Assembly (NCBI GenBank): GCA_964549345.1
Contig: CAZJVX010000004.1
Location: 1-30,962 of the forward strand
Direction of reading: 5' to 3'
DNA: 30,962 nucleotides
Source: an uncultured Flavobacteriales bacterium
GTDB taxonomy: Bacteria > Bacteroidota > Bacteroidia > Flavobacteriales_D > Parvicellaceae
Shown here: one piece after another, positions 1-6,851 of the stretch
Layout of the letters: each line of letters begins with the position of its first letter
How positions within the stretch are numbered: position 1 is the stretch's first letter
Made by a program: the position numbers and the translations under genes
The notes under the pieces: generated by a model
Databases searched by the model: none
What the model was told of the DNA's origin: nothing
What the model saw: the letters and a program-made list of their open reading frames with translations, nothing else

Positions 1-1416
1 TTCTTTTGACTCGTGATCTATTGTAATGCAATAGGGGGTTCCCACAGCATCTTGTCTTCTGTATCTTTTACCTATGGAATCTTTTTCATCTAATCCACAT
101 TCAAAATTCAATTTCAATTTATGGAATAGGTCAGATGCTATTTCGCTCAAACCATCTTTTTTTACTAAGGGGAGTATTGCTGCTTTAGTTGGCGCTATCA
201 CGGGTGAAATAGACAATAATGTTCTAGTACTGCCATCTTTCAATTTTTCTTCTTTTAGCCCATTAGATAACAAAGTTAAAAACATACGATCCAGTCCAAT
301 AGAAGTCTCAATCACGTATGGGATGTAACTTTCGTTACTTTCTGGATCAAAATAGCGTTGTTTCTTTTTTGAATATTCTTCATGTTGTTTAAGGTCAAAA
401 TCAGTTCTTGAGTGAATGCCTTCCAATTCCTTAAAACCAAATGGAAATTTGAATTCAATGTCGCATGCAGCATCAGCGTAGTGAGCCAACTTAATATGAT
501 CATGAAACTGTAGGTTTTCCTTTTCAATTCCAAGAGATTGATGCCACGCCATACGTTCTTTTTTCCAATATTCATACCACTCCTTTTGGCTGCCAGGTTT
601 AATGAAAAATTGCATTTCCATTTGTTCAAATTCTCTCATTCTAAAAATGAATTGCCTAGCAATAATCTCATTCCTAAATGCTTTGCCAATTTGAGCTATT
701 CCAAAAGGAAGTCTTTTTCTACCCGTTTTTTGGACATTCAAATAGTTTACAAATATGCCTTGAGCAGTTTCTGGTCTAAGATAAATAGTAGATGATTCTT
801 GTGCTAATGAACCTAATTCGGTTCCAAACATCAAATTAAATTGCCTCACGTCTGTCCAGTTTTTTGATCCGCTTATTGGACAGGTAATGCCTAGTTCAAT
901 GATGAGGTTGTAAATATCATTAAGATTTTTACTGTTTAATGCAGCAGATATCTTATTATTAATTTCTTGAATCTGTTTATTTCTCCTTAAAATATTTGGA
1001 TTGGTACTTGTGAAGTTTTCTTCATTAAATGATTCGCCAAATCGTTTTCTAGCTTTTGAAATATCTTTTTCGTTTTTATCCTGAATCTTAGAAACATAGT
1101 CCTCTAGTAATACATCCGCACGATATCTTTTTTTAGAATCTTTATTATCTATCAAAGGGTCATTAAATGCATCTACATGTCCTGAAGCCTTCCAAGTGGT
1201 TGGATGCATGAAAATGGCTGCATCTAATCCTACTATATCTTTGTTCATTTGAACCATTGATTTCCACCAGTATTTTTTGATGTTATTTTTGAGCTCTACT
1301 CCATTTTGACCATAGTCATAGGTGGCGCTTAGTCCATCATAAATTTCACTACTAGGGAATACAAAACCAAATTCTTTGGCGTGACTTATGATTTTTTTAA
1401 ACTTATCTTCATTCAT
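1..1416 (-). CDS. glyQS: Glycine--tRNA ligase (homodimeric alpha2 type), 3' end truncated by the window edge; not in the supplied ORF track
   Basis: Manual translation from ATG at 1416: MNEDKFKKIISHAKEFGFVFPSSEIYDGLSATYDYGQNG. At the window edge it reads GKRYRRQDAVGTPYCITIDHESKE (anticodon-binding domain). The frame runs off position 1. Confidence 0.96.
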   Translation of the reverse strand, partial: MNEDKFKKIISHAKEFGFVFPSSEIYDGLSATYDYGQNGVELKNNIKKYWWKSMVQMNKDIVGLDAAIFMHPTTWKASGHVDAFNDPLIDNKDSKKRYRADVLLEDYVSKIQDKNEKDISKARKRFGESFNEENFTSTNPNILRRNKQIQEINNKISAALNSKNLNDIYNLIIELGITCPISGSKNWTDVRQFNLMFGTELGSLAQESSTIYLRPETAQGIFVNYLNVQKTGRKRLPFGIAQIGKAFRNEIIARQFIFRMREFEQMEMQFFIKPGSQKEWYEYWKKERMAWHQSLGIEKENLQFHDHIKLAHYADAACDIEFKFPFGFKELEGIHSRTDFDLKQHEEYSKKKQRYFDPESNESYIPYVIETSIGLDRMFLTLLSNGLKEEKLKDGSTRTLLSISPVIAPTKAAILPLVKKDGLSEIASDLFHKLKLNFECGLDEKDSIGKRYRRQDAVGTPYCITIDHESKE

Positions 1417-1440
1417 GTTTACACATTCAATAATTTCTGA

Positions 1441-1448
1441 CAAAAATA
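1441..1448 (-). promoter_or_regulatory. Candidate Bacteroidota sigma-A -7 element for glyQS (TATTTTTG on minus strand)
   Basis: Matches TAnnTTTG, 24 nt upstream of the glyQS ATG. No well-spaced -33 TTTG found. Confidence 0.4.
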
Positions 1449-1505
1449 AAACTTCAAATGAAAGAACTATATTTAACCAACTCAATTTCCATAGTTTAAT
1501 ACACA

Positions 1506-2087
1506 ATGATTGAAATAGACAATAAAATTATTTCAGACGACATACTTGAGGAGCAGTTTGTGTGTGATCTTAGCCAATGTAAGGGGGCATGTTGTGTTGA
1601 AGGCGATGCAGGAGCTCCTTTGGACAAAGAGGAAATTAAAATCTTGGAGGAAATTTACCCCGTTGTAAAGTCCGAAATGCGACAACAAGGAATTGATGCT
1701 GTTGAAAAAGAAGGGTTATATTATATAGACGATTTTGGCGAACCGGTTACAACGCTTGTTAATAATAAAGAATGTGCTTTTGTGGTGTTTGATAAAAATA
1801 ATATTGCAAAATGCGCAATTGAAATTTCAAGTAGAAAAAACAAGACTGATTTCATAAAACCAATTAGTTGCCATTTATACCCAATTCGGGTGAAAGAATA
1901 TGAAAGTTTTCAGGGAATTAATTTAAATAAATGGCACATTTGTGAACCTGCCTGTGAATGCGGTAAAGACTTAAAGATTCCAGTATTTAAATTTCTAAAA
2001 GAACCTATAATAAGAAAATGGGGAGTTGAATTTTTTAGCCAATTAAGCCAGGTCTTTGAACAATATTTCCAAAAAAAATTATTGTAA
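1506..2087 (+). CDS. DUF3109 family cysteine-rich protein
   Basis: 193 aa with FVCDLSQCKGACCVEGDAGAPL, KPISCHLYPIR and WHICEPACECG, the pattern I recognise for this Bacteroidota family. Confidence 0.85.
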   Translation: MIEIDNKIISDDILEEQFVCDLSQCKGACCVEGDAGAPLDKEEIKILEEIYPVVKSEMRQQGIDAVEKEGLYYIDDFGEPVTTLVNNKECAFVVFDKNNIAKCAIEISSRKNKTDFIKPISCHLYPIRVKEYESFQGINLNKWHICEPACECGKDLKIPVFKFLKEPIIRKWGVEFFSQLSQVFEQYFQKKLL

Positions 2088-2418
2088 TATTTTGTCTTGC
2101 AAAAATTCTACAAAAGCCAATCATTTTAATTTTTTTTATTGATTTATTTATCTGTTTAGTTTTAATGAAATTTGATATTCTATTTTTTAAATAAATATTT
2201 TATACAATTTTTACAATTAAATTTCTTTGAGAACAACATTAATCTTTAAGTCTTTTCCTAATTATTTAAATTAACTGTTGAAATATAATTCTAACAATTT
2301 TGGTTGAACAACTAGGATTATGTTAGTGTCTTTCCTATATAAAAAAAAAATTTAAAAAACACTTTTTTTTATTTCAATAATATTTCAACACGACATGTTA
2401 ATAAGAGTTTTCGTGTAG

Positions 2419-2451
2419 TTTGATTTTGCATGATTTTGGATATTAGATTTG
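2419..2451 (+). promoter_or_regulatory. Bacteroidota sigma-A promoter for the first RNR pair
   Basis: TTTG at 2419-2422, 21-nt spacer, TAGATTTG (TAnnTTTG) at 2444-2451, 45 nt upstream of ATG 2497. Confidence 0.6.
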
Positions 2452-2496
2452 TCAACATGAGATTTAATTAAATCCATTTTTTTCTAAAATTTTATT

Positions 2497-3771
2497 ATGA
2501 TTATAGATACTATTATAAAAAGAAATAATACAAAGAATACATATGTATCTGAGAAGATAACCAACGCGATATTAAAGGCAATGCTCTCTGTTAATAACGG
2601 TGAATTGGAAGATGCGCAGAGAATAACAAATAACGTTGAAAAAACACTATTGAGCAGAAAAAAAAGTATTTCTAACTACGTTCCAAATGTTGAAGAAATT
2701 CAAGATTTAGTAGAGCAAAAACTTATGCAAAGCGAATTTCTTGATGTCGCAAAATCATTCATAATTTATCGTAATCAACAAGCTCAAAGAAGGAAAAGAA
2801 ATATTTTCGAAAAAAGGTTAAACTTAAAGCCCTACGAATATCCAGAATTATATGAATATGTTTCTGCCATTAGACATTCTTATTGGATACATTCAGAATT
2901 CAATTTCACAAGTGATATACAAGATTTTAAAACGAGACTTAGTGAAACAGAGAGAAGTGCAATAAAAAATACAATGTTAGCAATTTCGCAAATTGAAGTT
3001 GCTGTAAAAAGTTTTTGGGGAGATATTTATCAAAGAATACCAAAACCAGAAGTTGGTTCTGTAGGCGCAACTTTTGGTGAAAGTGAAGTTCGTCATGCTG
3101 ATGCCTATTCTCATCTTTTAGAAATTTTGGGACTTAATAAAGAATTTAAAGTTCTTAAAAAGAAACCAATCATAATGAAGAGAGTTAGGTATTTAGAGTC
3201 AGCCTTAGCTGCATCCAAAAGTAATGATGACATGGAATATGCTGAGTCAGTATTATTATTTTCTCTGTTCATTGAGCATGTATCTCTATTTTCTCAGTTT
3301 CTTATTATAATGGCTTTCAACAAACATAAAAACATGCTCAAAGGAGTCTCTAATGTTGTTGAAGCTACATCTAAAGAAGAGCAAATACATGGTGATTTTG
3401 GGATTGATCTTATAAAAATTATTAAAGAAGAAAATCCCGATTGGTTTAATTTTGAATTTCAAGAAAAAATTCAAGATATGTGCCAAAAAGCATTTGAAGC
3501 AGAAAGCGGATTGATCGATTGGATTTTTGAAAGAGGAGAATTAGATTTTTTACCAAAGCATCATATAAACGAATTTATTAAAGATCGTTTTAACAGATCA
3601 TTAGAAAGTATCGGTGTAGAAAAGATTTTTGAAACGGACCAATCCATTTTGAATGAAACAGAATGGTTTAATGATGAAATTATTGGCACAAAACATGGTG
3701 ACTTTTTTGTAAAGCGGTCGATAAATTACAGTAAAAGAACACAAAGTATAACGGGGGATGATCTTTTTTAA
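2497..3771 (+). CDS. nrdB: Ribonucleotide reductase beta subunit, class Id-like (NrdBi), with N-terminal ATP-cone domain
   Basis: Residues ~1-100 are an ATP cone (IIKRNN...EKITNAILKAM...VEEIQDLVEQKLM...VAKSFIIYR). The ferritin-like core has QIEVAVK, ESEVRHADAY, FIEHVSLFSQF and KEEQIH; the tail is SINYSK...GDDLF. Confidence 0.93.
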   Translation: MIIDTIIKRNNTKNTYVSEKITNAILKAMLSVNNGELEDAQRITNNVEKTLLSRKKSISNYVPNVEEIQDLVEQKLMQSEFLDVAKSFIIYRNQQAQRRKRNIFEKRLNLKPYEYPELYEYVSAIRHSYWIHSEFNFTSDIQDFKTRLSETERSAIKNTMLAISQIEVAVKSFWGDIYQRIPKPEVGSVGATFGESEVRHADAYSHLLEILGLNKEFKVLKKKPIIMKRVRYLESALAASKSNDDMEYAESVLLFSLFIEHVSLFSQFLIIMAFNKHKNMLKGVSNVVEATSKEEQIHGDFGIDLIKIIKEENPDWFNFEFQEKIQDMCQKAFEAESGLIDWIFERGELDFLPKHHINEFIKDRFNRSLESIGVEKIFETDQSILNETEWFNDEIIGTKHGDFFVKRSINYSKRTQSITGDDLF

Positions 3772-3773
3772 AT

Positions 3774-5561
3774 ATGGAAAACAGTATAGAAAAACAAGAT
3801 AATTACATTAACGATGATACATCTGTTGTAAAAAACAAACTAGTTAATGCACGAAAAGTTAGTTTAATAAATCAACAATCTAATAAATCTTTTGCTTGGT
3901 TAACAGACTACAGTAGAGATTTCCTAGCATCAGGTTATCTCACACCTGGCGTATCAGCTGAAGAAAGAATTAAAGAAATTGCCGATAGAGCTGAGGAGAT
4001 TTTAGGTATAAACGGATATTCAGAAAAGTTTTATAATTACATGTCTCAAGGATTTTTCTCATTGGCTTCCCCTGTTTGGTCAAATTTTGGCAAGAAAAGA
4101 GGTCTCCCAATAAGCTGTTTTGGATCCAATATTTCAGACGATATGGGTAATATTTTATATACTCAATCGGAAGTGGGAATGATGTCTAAGTTAGGTGGCG
4201 GAACTTCTGGTTTTTTTGGGAACATTAGACATAGAGGCGCATCGGTCACTAATAATGGAGAGGCATCGGGGTCAGTTCACATCATGCAGTTATTCGAAAC
4301 CATGGTTGATGTTGTAAGCCAAGGCTCTGTTAGAAGAGGTCGTTTTTCTCCTTATTTACCGGTAGAACATAAAGATATTTTAGAGTTTTTAGAAATTGGT
4401 ACAGAGGGTAATCCAATTCAGGAACTCACCCATGGAGTTACCGTAACTGATGAGTGGATGAATAAAATGATTGCGGGTGATCCTGAAAAACGAAATATAT
4501 GGGCTAAAATTATACAAAGAAGAGGTGAAATCGGATACCCTTACATCTTTTTTAAAGATAAAGCAAACAAAGGTGCTGCAGATGTATATCAAGATAACAA
4601 CCTAAATATTAATGCCAGTAACTTATGTACTGAAATCATGCTGCCTACTAATGATAAATGGTCTTTTGTTTGTGTTCTTTCTTCTGTAAATCTTTTACAT
4701 TACGAAAAGTGGAAAGAAACTGATGCTGTTGAAACTATGGTTTATTTCCTTGATGCCGTAATAACGGAGTTTGTGCAAAAATTAGAAGCTTACAGAGACT
4801 CTAGCGATCTTGACGACAAACAAACATTTTTATTCATGGAAAGAGCTTACAATTTTGCAAAAGAAAATCGTGCATTGGGTCTAGGTGTATTAGGCTGGCA
4901 CTCACTGTTGCAATCTAAAATGCTTTCATTTAATAGTCAAGAAGCCTTTAATCTCAATAGCGAAATATTTAAATTAATAAAAGAAAAATCATATAAAGCA
5001 TCTGAACAGCTAGCTTCAAAATTTGGTGAACCAAAGATTTTGAAAGGATATGGAAGAAGAAATGCCACTCTAAATGCTATTGCTCCGACCACATCATCTG
5101 CCTTTATTTTGGGTCAAGTTTCACAGGGCATTGAACCGATATGGTCAAATATTTACGTCAAAGATATAGCTAAAATAAAGACGACAATCAAAAATCCATT
5201 TCTAGAAAGTCTATTAGATGAAAAAGGTATGAACAACCAAGAAACTTGGAGAAGTATTAGAGACAAAGACGGATCCGTTCAACATCTCAGCTTTCTTTCA
5301 GATCAAGAAAAAGATGTTTTTAAAACCTATGCTGAAATAGACCAATTAGATATTATCTATCAAGCCTCAAATCGACAAAGTTATATAGATCAAGGTCAAT
5401 CTGTAAACATTATAGTCCACCCAGAAATGCCTGTAAAAGAAATTAATAAAATTTATGTTACAGCATGGAAATTAGGTTTAAAGTCTCTTTATTATCAGCA
5501 CAGTATGAATGCTGCACAAAAGTTCAAACAGAAGAAAGATTGCGTTAGTTGTGAAGCTTAG
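3774..5561 (+). CDS. nrdA: Ribonucleotide reductase alpha subunit, class Id-like (NrdAi), no ATP cone
   Basis: 595 aa with LPISCF, ASNLCTE, FVCVLSS, AIAPTTSS, KSLYYQ and C-terminal CVSC. Starts 2 nt after the nrdB stop. Confidence 0.93.
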   Translation: MENSIEKQDNYINDDTSVVKNKLVNARKVSLINQQSNKSFAWLTDYSRDFLASGYLTPGVSAEERIKEIADRAEEILGINGYSEKFYNYMSQGFFSLASPVWSNFGKKRGLPISCFGSNISDDMGNILYTQSEVGMMSKLGGGTSGFFGNIRHRGASVTNNGEASGSVHIMQLFETMVDVVSQGSVRRGRFSPYLPVEHKDILEFLEIGTEGNPIQELTHGVTVTDEWMNKMIAGDPEKRNIWAKIIQRRGEIGYPYIFFKDKANKGAADVYQDNNLNINASNLCTEIMLPTNDKWSFVCVLSSVNLLHYEKWKETDAVETMVYFLDAVITEFVQKLEAYRDSSDLDDKQTFLFMERAYNFAKENRALGLGVLGWHSLLQSKMLSFNSQEAFNLNSEIFKLIKEKSYKASEQLASKFGEPKILKGYGRRNATLNAIAPTTSSAFILGQVSQGIEPIWSNIYVKDIAKIKTTIKNPFLESLLDEKGMNNQETWRSIRDKDGSVQHLSFLSDQEKDVFKTYAEIDQLDIIYQASNRQSYIDQGQSVNIIVHPEMPVKEINKIYVTAWKLGLKSLYYQHSMNAAQKFKQKKDCVSCEA

Positions 5562-5782
5562 TAAGCTTAAAAGTAGCCAATAAATATTTTGTTGAAAACT
5601 AATAAAAACACATTTTAAAATCACTTGTTAAAAGTGTAAAAAATTTAAATATTTGCTTCGCTGTTACGTTATTATAGGCGGGTATTCGATATATGTTTTT
5701 TTAAAAAGCGCCTTTTATTACACATTTTATTGCCTTAAAGAGCAACTTTACGTCACAGACGCAATAACAAAAATATACTTTT

Positions 5783-6832
5783 ATGCACAAGAAAATTTCA
5801 CTAGAAAAGGAAGTAGTTGGTCAACATGTCGATTTAAATAAGGATCTAGATAAAAACTTGCATGTAGAAGAACCGATTCTGAAAGAAAATCCAAATAGAT
5901 TTGTATTGTTTCCTATTCAGCATGCCGATATATGGAAAATGTATAAAAAGCAAGAGGCTAGCTTTTGGACAGCTGAAGAACTAGATCTTTCACCCGACTT
6001 AGTAGATTGGGATAATAGGCTCAATGATGATGAGCGTTATTTCATAAAGCATGTTTTAGCTTTTTTCGCTGCATCAGACGGTATTGTAAATGAAAACCTA
6101 GCAGAAAATTTTCTCAGTGAAGTACAATACACTGAAGCTAAATTTTTTTATGGATTTCAAATAATGATGGAAAATATTCATTCTGAAACATACTCGCTTT
6201 TGATTGACACCTATATAAAAGACACAAAAGAGAAAAATTATTTGTTCAATGCAATTGAGACTTTTGGTCCGGTTAAGAAAAAGGCAGAATGGGCATTAAA
6301 ATGGATTGAGAATGGGAATTTTGCACAAAGAATTATTGCATTCGCAGCTGTAGAAGGAATATTCTTCTCTGGTTCATTTTGTTCGATTTTCTGGCTGAAG
6401 AAAAGAGGCCTTATGCCAGGACTTACATTCTCAAATGAGTTGATTTCAAGAGATGAAGGTCTGCATTGTGATTTTGCTTGTATGCTATATAATAACCATG
6501 TGGTTAATAGACTTGAGAAATCTGAAGTAGAAGAAATTATAAAGGAAGCTGTTGAAATAGAAAAAGAATTTATCACTGAAGCTCTTCCAGTTAGATTAAT
6601 TGGAATGAATTCAAATCTAATGAGTCAATACATTGAGTTTGTTGCTGATCGACTCACTTCAGAACTAGGTAATAAAAAGATTTACAACGTATCTAATCCA
6701 TTTGACTTTATGGATATGATAAATTTACAAGGAAAAACTAATTTCTTTGAAAAAAGAGTAGGTGAGTACCAAAAAGCAGGGGTGCTCAATAACAATAACG
6801 ATACTAGCTTTAACCTTGATGCTGATTTTTAA
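5783..6832 (+). CDS. nrdB: Ribonucleotide reductase beta subunit, class Ia, eukaryote-like (NrdBe); start may be TTG at 5858
   Basis: [30 protein letters not shown] (Asp ligand), ENIHSETYS (radical Tyr), [26 protein letters not shown]. Family-like sequence begins near residue 26, where a TTG follows an A-rich context. Confidence 0.95.
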   Translation: MHKKISLEKEVVGQHVDLNKDLDKNLHVEEPILKENPNRFVLFPIQHADIWKMYKKQEASFWTAEELDLSPDLVDWDNRLNDDERYFIKHVLAFFAASDGIVNENLAENFLSEVQYTEAKFFYGFQIMMENIHSETYSLLIDTYIKDTKEKNYLFNAIETFGPVKKKAEWALKWIENGNFAQRIIAFAAVEGIFFSGSFCSIFWLKKRGLMPGLTFSNELISRDEGLHCDFACMLYNNHVVNRLEKSEVEEIIKEAVEIEKEFITEALPVRLIGMNSNLMSQYIEFVADRLTSELGNKKIYNVSNPFDFMDMINLQGKTNFFEKRVGEYQKAGVLNNNNDTSFNLDADF

Positions 6833-6851
6833 ATTTACTTAATCAAAAAAA

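Noticed and set aside
74-795. Tracked ORFs 74..328, 312..629 and 538..795
   Set aside because: All lie within glyQS (two antisense, one in an alternative frame); the GlyRS frame has clear conserved motifs.
5554-5568. Perfect palindrome AAGCTTA-G-TAAGCTT over the nrdA-1 stop
   Set aside because: AT-rich 6-bp stem with no U tract on either strand, so not supportable as a terminator.
5562-5782. Cobalamin or Mn (yybP-ykoY) riboswitch, or Fur box, upstream of the class Ia pair
   Set aside because: I could not find the B12-box or yybP core sequences, or a convincing GATAATGATAATCATTATC-like site, by eye.
5653-5841. 62-aa plus-strand ORF in the RNR spacer (TTG start), considered as a leader peptide
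   Set aside because: No recognisable features, overlaps nrdB-2 out of frame, and has a weak start. Cannot be fully excluded without Ribo-seq.
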